Virus record (IMG/VR): IMGVR_UViG_3300045911_000146
Span: 1 to 33,056 of that record
Source of the DNA: a virus
Length of the DNA stretch: 33,056 nt
Reading direction: 5' to 3' (one strand)
Made by a program: the position numbers and the translations under genes. The notes beneath the pieces are model-generated. The model had not been told where the DNA came from. It did no database searches and worked only from the letters and a program-made list of their open reading frames with translations. Position 1 is the stretch's first letter, and each line of letters opens with the position of its first letter. Of the stretch, positions 1-9,937 are shown piece by piece.

Positions 1-127
1 AATATTAAATTTAAACGCCAGTAATCAGGTAACACTAAGCCCTGACACTACGGACAACGCAGACAATGCGCTTGTTGCTATTGGTGGTGGCGGTGGTGGG
101 GGGCTCCCTGTATCTACCTGCAACACT
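1..127. repeat. Terminal self-overlap. Bases 1-127 are identical to 32930-33056, indicating a circular or circularly permuted genome with a unique length of 32929 bp.
   Basis: Direct string comparison of both contig ends gives an exact 127-nt match. A reading frame runs uninterrupted across the junction. Confidence 0.95.
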
Positions 128-631
128 CGCGGCGCGTGTATTGCTTTGTATGGTAATGAGGACCCTGGAATCAACGATGGCAAAGTTGTTATTCAAGGTG
201 GAAATGTAGGATCTACAGCAACTCTAGACTTTAGAATTAATGCAACTGGCACATCCTTTAGATTTTTAAACTCCGCTGGCGGGGAGGTTGTTAACATTGA
301 TGGATCCGGTAATTACACGTCTAATGCTACAAACGGCGGCGATGTTATCATTGCTCGATCTGGTCGAACCCTTTCTATCCAAGAAGCTACTCCCTCCACC
401 GCTTGCATGGGCGTAGCGACCCCTAACGGAACAACTTCTGTTTCGGTTACTACTTCTTGTGCAGTTACCGGCTCTAGGGTGTTCTATTCTAGGGCTGGAG
501 CGGTCACCAACATGGGTACAATCAGTACGACTGCTGCGCCTTCAGGAAGTGGATTCTCTTTCGCTTCGACGGGAGCTAGTGACACGCTTGCGAACAGTGT
601 TATCTATCTCATCGTCAAAGAATCGGCCTGA
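2..631 (+). CDS. 3' part of the wrap-around CDS that starts at 32724. The full product is 278 aa: a secreted Ser/Thr/Gly/Asn-rich fibre-like protein.
   Basis: The frame of ORF 146..631 is open back to base 2 and is in phase with ATG 32724 once the 127-bp overlap is collapsed. It contains a GGGGGGG tract and many N-x-S/T motifs. It sits in the position of a tail fibre gene. Confidence 0.75.
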   Translation: MLNLNASNQVTLSPDTTDNADNALVAIGGGGGGGLPVSTCNTRGACIALYGNEDPGINDGKVVIQGGNVGSTATLDFRINATGTSFRFLNSAGGEVVNIDGSGNYTSNATNGGDVIIARSGRTLSIQEATPSTACMGVATPNGTTSVSVTTSCAVTGSRVFYSRAGAVTNMGTISTTAAPSGSGFSFASTGASDTLANSVIYLIVKESA

Positions 632-633
632 TC

Positions 634-807
634 ATGAAGAAGCCGGTAAGCTTGGTGGCGGCAAGCTTGATGCTTAGTGCTTGCGCGCCACAAGCGTATA
701 CAAAAGAAGAAATTGAAGCTGCGTTTGCTCAGAGGGACCAAGCGATTGAAGTTCTAGCCGACGCAATCCTTCGTTGCTGCGACAAGGAACTACCAGACCC
801 AAAGTAG
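634..807 (+). CDS. Small lipoprotein of 57 aa (MKKPVSLVAASLMLSAC...). It is below the 60-aa cutoff of the ORF track.
   Basis: ATG at 634, 3 nt after the upstream stop. The N-terminus is basic then hydrophobic and carries the lipobox L-S-A-C (Cys17). Stop TAG at 805-807. Confidence 0.7.
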   Translation: MKKPVSLVAASLMLSACAPQAYTKEEIEAAFAQRDQAIEVLADAILRCCDKELPDPK

Positions 808-810
808 ATC

Positions 811-1179
811 ATGGCTTTAGCGTCCGACCTTGCGATTATAGGAGTTACTTCAAGGCAAGCGGATTTTTTGGGCGATACCATGGGGGCTGAGCTGACTGCG
901 GCCGGGATATTCTCACAGGTTGACGCCACACAAATTGTAGCAGCAATAAATGAATTTACAACTGTCCCTGCAAGCAGCGGGGCGAGATTGCCACGAGTTC
1001 AAGCTACGCCATACAGTCGGATAATAGTTAAGAATATGCATCCAACAAACATACTACGGATTTATCCGGCATCAGGCGAAAGCATTGATGCGCTATTCGT
1101 TGATAGCCCTTGGTTATTGTCTCCAACCGACAGCAAAATGTTTGCTAAGATTAGCGCAACTAGGTGGATCTCACTATGA
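811..1179 (+). CDS. Hypothetical virion-module protein (122 aa).
   Basis: ORF tightly packed in the + strand structural operon. Its stop overlaps the next start as ATGA. Confidence 0.6.
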   Translation: MALASDLAIIGVTSRQADFLGDTMGAELTAAGIFSQVDATQIVAAINEFTTVPASSGARLPRVQATPYSRIIVKNMHPTNILRIYPASGESIDALFVDSPWLLSPTDSKMFAKISATRWISL

Positions 1180-1907
1180 CGCAATTTACTCTGTTACAAA
1201 TTGGTCAAAAAATTGCGCAAAGATTGCAACTTCCTATTATTTCAACAATTTTTGGAAGCACGGATAACAATCTTAATTTATTGTTGGCAATGATCGAAAA
1301 GGCGGTCAATGAAATTAAAGATGAATTTCCTTGGCCGGAACTAACTAAGCGAGCAACCATCACGCTCGTTACTGGGCAAAGTGAGTATGCATTGCCAGCT
1401 GACTACGATAGTCGCTTGACCGATACTTTATGGAATCAAACACAGCGCAGGCCGTTATTGGGTCCGATTGATGCGGTAACCTGGGAGACTGTCAAGTCGG
1501 GGTTGATTACTACGTTACCATTGCAGCGGTTTCGTGTATTTGGCTATGGCAACGCAACTTTTCAAATCGATCCTGTGCCTACGGCGGCAGAGAATGGGCA
1601 AGTCTGCGTTTATGAATATATTTCATCTTATGCGATTCAGACCGGTTCTGGCCCTAATACTTATGGAGAAGAGTTTACAGCAGACACAAATATAGTTTTG
1701 CTTGATGGTTGGTTAATAATTAATGGGGCTCTATGGCGTTATAAGCGCGAAAAGGGACAAGAGTATGAAGAGTTGCGCAGAGACGCAGAAGCTCAGATTG
1801 AGGCCGCCAAGACCAAGCTAATGGGGGCTACTGTGCTTTCTACTAATAGTATGAATAGAACCCCTCCGATGATTGGTGTGTGGTCTTATCCTGATGGGAA
1901 TTACTAA
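1176..1907 (+). CDS. Putative head-to-tail adaptor or tail structural protein (243 aa).
   Basis: ATG 1176 follows AGGTGGA and overlaps the upstream stop (ATGA). This is more likely the start than GTG 1164. The functional call rests on position only. Confidence 0.5.
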   Translation: MTQFTLLQIGQKIAQRLQLPIISTIFGSTDNNLNLLLAMIEKAVNEIKDEFPWPELTKRATITLVTGQSEYALPADYDSRLTDTLWNQTQRRPLLGPIDAVTWETVKSGLITTLPLQRFRVFGYGNATFQIDPVPTAAENGQVCVYEYISSYAIQTGSGPNTYGEEFTADTNIVLLDGWLIINGALWRYKREKGQEYEELRRDAEAQIEAAKTKLMGATVLSTNSMNRTPPMIGVWSYPDGNY

Positions 1908-2911
1908 TGGCGGCAATGCCTGGTCCAATTACTGCTGCTGAGGCAATAGCGCGTTATTTGAACACGCTAGGACAGCGTTACCCTACGCAGTTTGAAATGC
2001 AGCAAAGAATGTATGGCCCCCCGCCACCACAGCAACAAGGTGCGGGGCTGCTTGGGCAAGCGGCGCAGCTTGGCACAAGCTATGGAGTGAGGAAAGGACT
2101 GGAAGCGTTGCTTAGTTCTGGCGCGAGTAATGTGCTTCCGAATAGTGCGGGGGCGGTAGAAGCGGCGCTTGCTCAAGGAATTTATCAGACTCCGATGTCA
2201 ACGGTGCAAACCGTGGCCCCTGGGCTTGGCAGTACAGTAGGAAGTACTGCAAGTAGTGCGGCGGGTAGCGCGCCCACTACCATTAGCAACTTTGCGGGAA
2301 CAGCAACGCCGTATCTTGGCGCTGCGGGGGCAGCAGCAGGAACGTACGCAGCGTATCAGGGCATTAAAGACAAGAATCCTTTAACTGCGGGTCTTGGCGG
2401 ATTGGGAGCGGGGCTTGGTATTAATGCTATGGGGTATGCTTTAGGCCCCTATGGTTGGGTCGCCATGCTTGCCGCTCCCGCCGTTGGTGCTTTGGTGAAT
2501 AAGCTTGGCGACAAAGACCGTTGGAAGACTGAACAGAAGAAACTTGAGAAGCTGCTGAAAAGCGGTACTTACATTCCTGAAGCTATACTTGCTTCGATGC
2601 CAACGCGCGGGCGCTCAATGGATGAGCTTATTCGTAAGGACTTACCAGCGGATTTTATTGGCCGCGACTCACAGGGGAATTGGGTAAACAACGTGTTTGC
2701 AAGGTCGCGGCTAGAGTCCGATTTGCGACCTGAGGACATCATAAACTATGCGGCTTTTGCCGAGAAAGATAAGGATTGGTTTAATAAGCCGCTAGAAGTG
2801 CGTCTTAGTAAAGCCAAGGAAGCGCTTGACGCAAATGCTGTTCGAGAAGCAAGGGGAAGTATTTCCGTTGATTGGAACAAAATAGCGAGGGCACTTGCCA
2901 ATGCCCAATAG
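1907..2911 (+). CDS. Gly/Ala-rich virion protein with hydrophobic segments (334 aa).
   Basis: TAATG start-stop overlap. There is a long G/A/S-rich low-complexity centre and a putative membrane-like stretch (GWVAMLAAPAVGALV). Confidence 0.6.
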   Translation: MAAMPGPITAAEAIARYLNTLGQRYPTQFEMQQRMYGPPPPQQQGAGLLGQAAQLGTSYGVRKGLEALLSSGASNVLPNSAGAVEAALAQGIYQTPMSTVQTVAPGLGSTVGSTASSAAGSAPTTISNFAGTATPYLGAAGAAAGTYAAYQGIKDKNPLTAGLGGLGAGLGINAMGYALGPYGWVAMLAAPAVGALVNKLGDKDRWKTEQKKLEKLLKSGTYIPEAILASMPTRGRSMDELIRKDLPADFIGRDSQGNWVNNVFARSRLESDLRPEDIINYAAFAEKDKDWFNKPLEVRLSKAKEALDANAVREARGSISVDWNKIARALANAQ

Positions 2912-4547
2912 TATTTTACGCTTTCCATTGCCGCTTTCTGGGCTTAACACGGTCAACCCTTATACTGACTATGACAGCGGCTTTGCGAGGGAATTAACAA
3001 ACCTTGCCATATTTAACGGGCGATTGTTTTTGCGCCCACCGGTGAGGAGTTTTGCTTTTAACCCAGCTTTGGCGGGGGGTCCTAGAATCCGATGGTTTGA
3101 CCCGAATGGAACCCAGCAGTGTATTTTGAATAATGGAAGCTTGCTAACCTATTTAACTGGAGTAGTGACTTTAGGGGCGGGGACTTTTACCTTTTCCGCT
3201 GCTCAGCCTACTGAAGTTACTTTCTCTGGGACTGGAACAACATTAAATCTTGTTGTTGGAGTTAGCAGAGCAGCCAACCCGACAACTCCAATAACAAAAT
3301 TCGCGCCGTTCAACTCTTCTGGACCAGCAGCGAGTGCGACGCTTGGATCTCCTCGAGTAGCGTGTTCTCACAAAGGGCGATTGTATTATGCATCAGGAAC
3401 TCGGATAGAATTTGGTGCCATTGGACAAGTTTCTGGCGCTATCCCGGCTGCAAACTTTGTCGATATTGAACAATTCATGAATGGTCAGACCATTTCTCGC
3501 ATATTTTCAGTGTCGCTATCGCCTGGCCTCGCCCCCTCTCAAAACGTATTTGTAGTATTTGGCTCTGATGGTCGAGTATTAGTATTTGAAGGCGATAATC
3601 CTTCGAGCGCTACATGGAACATGATTGCAGCGTATGACATGCCTATGCCAATAGGTCGGCGCGCATATGTTGAGATTGATGGAGACATTTTCGTAGCAAC
3701 TAGCAGTTATGCTTATTGGTTTAGAGACTTATTTGCTGGCGGGGCACAAGGGGCCTATCAAAACAGCCCTTCGGTACCAGTTGAAAATCTCTGGCAACAT
3801 TTCTCGTGGACACTACCGGGGAGCGAGCCAGAGACTGGCCACATTTTCTATTACCCATTACTAGACGCTATAGTTTGTCAGTGCGCTGAAAAGCAATCAC
3901 TTTCTAAAGTGGTTAATTATCAAAATGAAGCGGTTTGCTTAGTCTACTTTAGAAAGTATCGAGCCTGGGCACTGTGGGCCGGAACGCCGTTCTTTTATCC
4001 GATTATAAATAGCCAGGGGGATTTGTACGGAACTGGTTACCAAGCAGCCATTTTCAAGATGCATAATGATATAACGCTACGTAGGGCCGATTCTTATGTT
4101 GACCTAGATGGCGTGTATTCACTGAAGGAGATCCGAGTTGAATCAAGCTGGAAAACGCCTTACGCATTTTTAGACAAGGGGATAGGGCTAACGCTGAAAT
4201 CTGCTAGGGCTTGGGTTGAAGTTCAAGAAAGTATTACCACGGCATCTATTTATAAAAGCCGAGCGATTTTTGACTATTCTGACTTAAACGCGCCCTTTGG
4301 TTTCTTTACTCAAAGCACTGTTTTGCCCATTAACCCAGGGCGATATACGGAATGCACTACTTTTATAAAAGAAATAAGTTCCGCGCAGTATAACCCGCTG
4401 TTACAATTGGGGGGGGATGGCGGCGGCGTTTCTATGCAAATATCATTTAGAGGGTACGGGTTCCCCGATCCTGGGTATTCAGAGCCTTATCAGCATTCGA
4501 TTTATGGTCTTTCAGCGTTAGTACAACCAGGGAGTGAGATATTTTAA
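2901..4547 (+). CDS. Large tail protein, nozzle or tail-tubular-B-like by size and position (548 aa).
   Basis: ATG 2901 lies about 10 nt after GAGGG. It is the second-largest ORF of the tail module (after the 815-aa 7221..9668) and is beta-rich. No named motif was recognised. Confidence 0.5.
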   Translation: MPNSILRFPLPLSGLNTVNPYTDYDSGFARELTNLAIFNGRLFLRPPVRSFAFNPALAGGPRIRWFDPNGTQQCILNNGSLLTYLTGVVTLGAGTFTFSAAQPTEVTFSGTGTTLNLVVGVSRAANPTTPITKFAPFNSSGPAASATLGSPRVACSHKGRLYYASGTRIEFGAIGQVSGAIPAANFVDIEQFMNGQTISRIFSVSLSPGLAPSQNVFVVFGSDGRVLVFEGDNPSSATWNMIAAYDMPMPIGRRAYVEIDGDIFVATSSYAYWFRDLFAGGAQGAYQNSPSVPVENLWQHFSWTLPGSEPETGHIFYYPLLDAIVCQCAEKQSLSKVVNYQNEAVCLVYFRKYRAWALWAGTPFFYPIINSQGDLYGTGYQAAIFKMHNDITLRRADSYVDLDGVYSLKEIRVESSWKTPYAFLDKGIGLTLKSARAWVEVQESITTASIYKSRAIFDYSDLNAPFGFFTQSTVLPINPGRYTECTTFIKEISSAQYNPLLQLGGDGGGVSMQISFRGYGFPDPGYSEPYQHSIYGLSALVQPGSEIF

Positions 4548-4549
4548 AT

Positions 4550-5155
4550 ATGAAACGATTACCAAGGGCTGACCAGATTACTAGATTACAGAATATGAGC
4601 GATCGTAATCCGCGGCAGGATATGCGGCTGCAATATTTGCAGAGGCAGCAGGGCCTGCGGCAAGAGCAGCCCATGCAAATCCCGCAACAGCCGCAACAGC
4701 CGCAACCAATGCAGACGCAGCAACAGATGCAACCGCTGCAACTATACCCGCAACAGATGCAGTTACCCCCGCAACAGCTGCCGCCATATCCAGGAGGGGC
4801 GCAATTGCCAACCCCTGGCTTTGGTATTGGGAAAGGCGCGTTTGACAGAGCAAAGCTAGAGCAGCAAGTAGGGCTTTTGCGCCCAATAGACGAGCTAGAA
4901 GCGCAGCAGCCTATGCAAAGGCCCAAGGGATTAAGGCCAACGCCGCCGCAGCCTAATTTTGGACCAGGGCCAGGGCCGAATCTCTATGCCGCCTATGCCG
5001 GGTGGCATCATTCTGGAATGTTGCCACCACAACAACCGGTGAATCATCCGGGCTCTTTAAGACTACAGTTTGCAGGGCAACAGCAACCACCAGCCCCACA
5101 GCAACCATTCATAAGTGGGCAGCTAGGGCGTGAGCCGACTAGAAATTGGGGCTGA
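4550..5155 (+). CDS. Gln/Pro-rich low-complexity virion protein (201 aa).
   Basis: ATG 3 nt after the upstream stop. The sequence contains QQPQQPQPMQTQQQMQPLQLYPQQMQLPPQQLPP. Confidence 0.65.
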   Translation: MKRLPRADQITRLQNMSDRNPRQDMRLQYLQRQQGLRQEQPMQIPQQPQQPQPMQTQQQMQPLQLYPQQMQLPPQQLPPYPGGAQLPTPGFGIGKGAFDRAKLEQQVGLLRPIDELEAQQPMQRPKGLRPTPPQPNFGPGPGPNLYAAYAGWHHSGMLPPQQPVNHPGSLRLQFAGQQQPPAPQQPFISGQLGREPTRNWG

Positions 5156-5215
5156 TAGGCAAGGGGTTTGCTATCGACTAAGCCCCCGCAAATTTAATTT
5201 AGGGGTGGGGTACTT

Positions 5216-6172
5216 ATGGGGGGATTACTTAGACGAAAGAATGCAGCGGCGGAGCGCGGCAGGCCCGTCCCTAGTGGGCCACTAAAGCAAGCCACGCAGG
5301 GGAAGAAGGCTGGCGGTCCCGGGAACATAAGCGGGAAGAAAAATTCGCAATTCCAAGGGCTTAGCAGACGGCAAAACCGTATAATTGGGCAGCAAGAGCG
5401 CGGCGATGTGCAACTAGGGCAGTTTGCGAGCGGCATGCTTCCGCGCATTCAAGAAACTTATTCGCAACCATTTGATTTTGGTACATTGCCTAGCGCTCCG
5501 GTTAGTGGCGACTTTAATCAGTGGAAACAGCAGCAGACTGACGATGCTTACAACATGTTCTTGTCTCGGTTTGAGCCGCAGTTTAAGCAACAAGTTGATG
5601 ATTTAGAGCAGCAACTACAAAACAGAGGTATCCCCGTTGGTTCTCCTTTGTACAATCAGCAGTTAGCGCAACTACAGCAGCAGCAAAATGATGCGAGGCA
5701 GTCGGCGCTTGTTAATGCGCAAGGCATTGCAGGACAAAATGCAGCGCAGTTCTTTAACATCGGCCAGCAAGCTAGGGGCAATGCGTTAAGCGAGGGGCTC
5801 CTGGCAAGGAACATGCCGCTTTCTGAGTACTCCGCACTTTACGGCGCTCAGTCGGGGCTTGGTCGGCAGTATGCTGATTATGGCATGCAGCGAGGATTGC
5901 AGCAGCAGCAAGCTGATTTGCAGTTACGTAATGCGCAGCAAGCGCCTCGCGGTGGTGGCGGTCAGGAGGTGTGGCAACAATACGGATTTTCAAGCCCAAT
6001 AGAATATGATGCTTACAAAACCTATCTCGCGCAGCAGCAACAGATGTGGGCATTCCAGAACGATCCGCGATACAGACAACCTAGGCAGCCAAGCTATGGC
6101 GCGCAGTTAGGGGGCGCGGTCTTAGGCGGTCTATCTCAAGGGCTGGGGTCTTATTTAGGGGGTCTGTTATAA
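5216..6172 (+). CDS. Gln-rich putative internal virion or ejection protein (318 aa).
   Basis: ATG is preceded by AGGGGTGGGG. Composition is Q-rich and helical. It lies upstream of the SLT-containing protein, as in T7-like core gene order. Confidence 0.6.
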   Translation: MGGLLRRKNAAAERGRPVPSGPLKQATQGKKAGGPGNISGKKNSQFQGLSRRQNRIIGQQERGDVQLGQFASGMLPRIQETYSQPFDFGTLPSAPVSGDFNQWKQQQTDDAYNMFLSRFEPQFKQQVDDLEQQLQNRGIPVGSPLYNQQLAQLQQQQNDARQSALVNAQGIAGQNAAQFFNIGQQARGNALSEGLLARNMPLSEYSALYGAQSGLGRQYADYGMQRGLQQQQADLQLRNAQQAPRGGGGQEVWQQYGFSSPIEYDAYKTYLAQQQQMWAFQNDPRYRQPRQPSYGAQLGGAVLGGLSQGLGSYLGGLL

Positions 6173-7221
6173 TGGCGGCATCAGACGAAATCCTAGCAGC
6201 GTTACAAGCAGAACCAAGTTTCTTCACAAACTTTGGTAATGCGCTATCTGGCGCAGAGCTCCCTTATGCAAGAACTAATGCCCAAGCATTACTTGGGCCT
6301 TTGGCGCTGGGGCTTACTGCTGGGCTGGCTCAAGGGTACGGGAAGAAATTAGACAAACAAGCAAACTTTGACCTATTTCGACAGAACGACTTACTAAGCG
6401 CACTTGCCGGCGCCGCGGCACCACTAAATACCATTGGTCCTGTTGCTGATGGTGGTGAGTACAGTAATTTGCTCAAACAAGCCCCTTTTGCCGCGTATCA
6501 ATCAAGCGAGCCTCCCCCAAATTGGACAGTGCGGCAGGGGCAGATGGACTTGCTTAAGGCGCTTGGGGCGCAGCAGGCTCAAGAAGCAGCAGCGGCACAA
6601 CAATCTGAACGAGATTTTGAATTGACTAAAGTGCTAGCCCCTAAAGGATTTATTGTACAAGGGGGAGAAATACAGGTCGAGCCTACAGTTATGGCAGTAC
6701 TAGAAAGCGTTGCAGCAAGGAAGAAAAACGAATTTGAGCTTAGTCAATCGGCCAAAGAGGAGCTCGGCAAGTCTTTTGCAACCATACAAGAAGCTGACAC
6801 TGTTGCGAAAATGCTTGAAAATTCTAATCAGGGCTGGGGCGAGTATCAGCTAATGAAGATGTTTGGCGCAGCGGACAAAAAAGGCGTTGGCGTGGCTATG
6901 AAAAATTTAGTCGATAGACTTGCTAGGGCAAGAACTGGCGCACAACTGAATAAGGAGGAAGAGAAACTGTACGATGAGCTTGTAGGTGGAGACATTTCCG
7001 TAGATCCGAAACATGCGGCCAAACTCTTAAGAAAACTCGCAGAAGCTGAAGGGCGATATATTAACTCTAGAATAGATGCGGAAAGGTTGATCAGCGAAGG
7101 CCCAGAATCCGTGCGAGCCAAAATAGCAGAAATGGACGCAGCTAGGGGGAGGCCTGCAATGAGCAAGGCTACTAACATCGTAACGGGGCCAGATGGTCAA
7201 TTGTATGAGATTATAGACTAA
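6172..7221 (+). CDS. Putative internal virion or ejection protein (349 aa).
   Basis: TAATG overlaps at both ends. Composition is helical and A/E/K-rich. Confidence 0.6.
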   Translation: MAASDEILAALQAEPSFFTNFGNALSGAELPYARTNAQALLGPLALGLTAGLAQGYGKKLDKQANFDLFRQNDLLSALAGAAAPLNTIGPVADGGEYSNLLKQAPFAAYQSSEPPPNWTVRQGQMDLLKALGAQQAQEAAAAQQSERDFELTKVLAPKGFIVQGGEIQVEPTVMAVLESVAARKKNEFELSQSAKEELGKSFATIQEADTVAKMLENSNQGWGEYQLMKMFGAADKKGVGVAMKNLVDRLARARTGAQLNKEEEKLYDELVGGDISVDPKHAAKLLRKLAEAEGRYINSRIDAERLISEGPESVRAKIAEMDAARGRPAMSKATNIVTGPDGQLYEIID

Positions 7222-9668
7222 TGGCGCCTATACCAATAACCAGAGCAGAATATGAGGCGCGATTTGGTCGCCCGCCAGTAGTCACGCCTATACCAATAAC
7301 AAGAGCTGAATACGCTGCAAAGTTTGGCAAGGCAGAAGAGCAAGATCCAGAAAGATTGCTTAACTTCGGGCGCTCTGTTGCAAAAGGCGCTAGTAGTTTA
7401 ATTGGCATTGCTAACGATATTGGTAATCTTCCGCGCAACATTGGGGCGTCTATTGCGTCTTGGTTAACTGATGGCCCTGAAACTAATTTCTTTAGCGGCT
7501 CTCAACTAACAGATGCTTTACGGCGCTCGTATGTAGATGAGCCAGTAGCTACAGACACCACGCAACGTTATTTGAATTCGATTGGGGAGATGCTCCCTAG
7601 CGCTGCTATTCCTGGCGGTGGATTAGGGCTTAGGGTTCTATCGGCTCTTGGCGCTGGTGTGGGCAGTCAGGGGGCAAGAGACATCGGGGCGCCAGAATGG
7701 GTAGGAGCGCTCGCGGGTGGAGTTGCTCCTAATGTGGCGAGTGGCGTTGTCAAAGCTGCAACTAGGCCATTTTATCAAAGCGGGAGAGAGGTGCTTGCGG
7801 GTAAAACTTTGCTTGCCAACGCTGGGCAAGAAGGCAAGGCGCGGCTTCTTAATAATTTAGACGATGTCGCAAGCTATGCGGAAGTTGCCAATACTCCAAC
7901 CGCCGCAGCGTTTCAAACTTCTCTTAGAAAGATTCCAGGAGAAGGCAAAGACATTATGGAGCGTGCGTTAGTTGACGTTCCATCTCAGCAAGCAAAAAGT
8001 TTGCTATCTCGCCTTGCGCCTGGATCGCTTGATGATGTTTCGCAAGTAGTTAGAGGCGAAGAGTTGCAAGCAGCTATAGTGGACCAAGTTAAGAAAGCTT
8101 GGGATTCTGCGGGCGAAGCGTTTGAAGCATTGCAGCTCCCGGCAAAAGCTAAAATTTCTGTTTCTAAAGCCAGTAAGGAAATTTCTTCGCTTTATGATGA
8201 AATGTTTGGGGCTGGGGCGCTTAGCCCTGATTCTGATGTTGTCAAAATTGTCAGCAAGCTTACTTCAGAAAAAAAGTTACCATTCAAAACTATCAAGGCA
8301 CTACAAACTGAAACAGGCGCAACAATAGGGAAAATTGCTAGAACAAACTCAAAAGCTACTGAGCTCCCAGTTCTTTACAAGATAAAAGAGGCGCTGAATA
8401 CTGCTATTGACGATGCAGTAACTAGCGGAAAAGTATTAGGGCTATCTAAAGAAAAGATTGCAGCTTACAAGCTTGCGAAAGCTAATTATGCAAAGACCGG
8501 TAAAATATACGGATCGAAGCTAATTAAAGACCTTACTAAGCGCGGAGACTTTGGTAGTTTGGAGGCCGGTTCGCCTGCTTCTGCTGTGGTCCCTAAAATC
8601 ACTAGAACGCCAGAGTCGGCAAAGCAATTCATGCGTGCATTTGGCGCTGATAAAGACTTAGTAACAAAAGCTAGAGCTGGTCTTGTTGATTCTACTCTGA
8701 CTGGGCCGATTGAGTCTTGGCCTAATAAGTTTGCAAAGAAGAAAGACGTTTTCAAAGAGCTATTCGGCGATGATTATAAGGAAGTTGAGCAGCTAATCGC
8801 TACAATTGCCCGGCGTAATAACGTGGGCACTTTAGCAACCAGAGCGAGCCGTGGGCAGTCAGCTACTCAAGAATTTAGGACGCAGGCTGAGAAGCTTTTA
8901 GTTAACGGGCCTAGATCAATAATGAGGTTAATTGGTTCTAAGGTTGCAACCGGGACAGCGGTAGGAACTGGCGCACTAACTGGTAATATATTTCTTGGTC
9001 TTGGCGCTGCCGGGATGAGTCGCGTTATTAATTGGGCAGAGAATAATATAGAGCTCCTATTACAGCGAGCAATGGTCGAGCCTGAATTGCGGAAGATGTT
9101 GCTACAGAAAGCTACGATAGCGGGGCAAAGGCGCATGATGGAGCGCATAATACCATTGGCGGCGCAGATTATGACTACACAAGACAAGGATTTGGAATTG
9201 CCTGAGCCAATTAAGGAGAAGCTGCAAAAAGTCGCAGCGATTGAGCCCGCGATGACTAAAGCAGCTAGAGCCACCACAGTCCCCGAGAAACTAATCCAAG
9301 CAGTAATCAAGCAAGAGTCAGCAGGAAATCCTAGGGCGGTTTCTAATAAGGGGGCTCGTGGCCTAATGCAGTTAATGCCTGCAACGGCGGCAGAAGTTGC
9401 TAAAGAGCTTGGGATTAAAGAATACGACTTAGAAGATCCAGAGACTAACGTACGTTTTGGAGCGCATTATTTGAAAAAGCAGCTAGATAGGTTTGGTGAC
9501 ATTGAGCTGGCGCTTGCCGCCTATAATGCAGGGCCTGCGCGCGTGGCTGATTGGCAACGTAAATATGGGGAGACTTGGAGAGAAATCAGCGCGGCGATTA
9601 AGCGCGAAGATCCTAAGCACGAAACACTTACTTACGTGCCTAAAATACTAGGATATTATAAAGCATGA
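7221..9668 (+). CDS. Internal virion protein with a C-terminal lytic transglycosylase (SLT) domain (815 aa).
   Basis: The C-terminus contains IKQESAGNPRAVSNKGARGLMQLMPATA ... LAAYNAGP, which are classic SLT/goose-type motifs including the catalytic Glu. The gene is large and sits in the position of T7 gp16. Confidence 0.85.
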   Translation: MAPIPITRAEYEARFGRPPVVTPIPITRAEYAAKFGKAEEQDPERLLNFGRSVAKGASSLIGIANDIGNLPRNIGASIASWLTDGPETNFFSGSQLTDALRRSYVDEPVATDTTQRYLNSIGEMLPSAAIPGGGLGLRVLSALGAGVGSQGARDIGAPEWVGALAGGVAPNVASGVVKAATRPFYQSGREVLAGKTLLANAGQEGKARLLNNLDDVASYAEVANTPTAAAFQTSLRKIPGEGKDIMERALVDVPSQQAKSLLSRLAPGSLDDVSQVVRGEELQAAIVDQVKKAWDSAGEAFEALQLPAKAKISVSKASKEISSLYDEMFGAGALSPDSDVVKIVSKLTSEKKLPFKTIKALQTETGATIGKIARTNSKATELPVLYKIKEALNTAIDDAVTSGKVLGLSKEKIAAYKLAKANYAKTGKIYGSKLIKDLTKRGDFGSLEAGSPASAVVPKITRTPESAKQFMRAFGADKDLVTKARAGLVDSTLTGPIESWPNKFAKKKDVFKELFGDDYKEVEQLIATIARRNNVGTLATRASRGQSATQEFRTQAEKLLVNGPRSIMRLIGSKVATGTAVGTGALTGNIFLGLGAAGMSRVINWAENNIELLLQRAMVEPELRKMLLQKATIAGQRRMMERIIPLAAQIMTTQDKDLELPEPIKEKLQKVAAIEPAMTKAARATTVPEKLIQAVIKQESAGNPRAVSNKGARGLMQLMPATAAEVAKELGIKEYDLEDPETNVRFGAHYLKKQLDRFGDIELALAAYNAGPARVADWQRKYGETWREISAAIKREDPKHETLTYVPKILGYYKA

Positions 9669-9937
9669 ACGATTTAAACGGCGTTTCTAACTACGATGTC
9701 TTGCAAGAAGTCCACGAAGCAAGGGTTGAGCAGGCCGCCAGCTTGGCCCGCCTCGAAAGCGCTTTGCGTGATGGGTTCGATAGTGTCGCGGGGGAGTTGC
9801 GGGCGCTGCGTGGCACTTTTGAGCAAGGATTTCTTAAGACCATCAATATTTTATGCTATTGTCTGGTAGCTATAATCATGTGGGTTACAGCTGTGAAAAC
9901 ATTACCAATGATATTAGGAGCTAGCGGAGATGGTTAA
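9665..9937 (+). CDS. Small protein with a C-terminal transmembrane helix (90 aa). Holin-like or membrane-anchor candidate.
   Basis: ATGA overlap with the upstream gene. The hydrophobic segment is INILCYCLVAIIMWVTAVKTLPMILGA. Confidence 0.55.
   Translation: MNDLNGVSNYDVLQEVHEARVEQAASLARLESALRDGFDSVAGELRALRGTFEQGFLKTINILCYCLVAIIMWVTAVKTLPMILGASGDG

Noticed and set aside
1-127. Genuine short direct terminal repeats of the virion DNA.
   Set aside because: The exact length of 127 nt matches a typical assembler k-mer overlap, and a coding frame runs through the junction. It is treated as a circularisation artefact, although only read-start analysis can exclude a real DTR.
4447-4926. Cys-rich 159-aa and Ala-rich 101-aa ORFs on the minus strand.
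   Set aside because: They are antisense shadows of the CAG/CAA/CCG-rich Gln/Pro coding region of 4550..5155. They have implausible composition and no translation signals.
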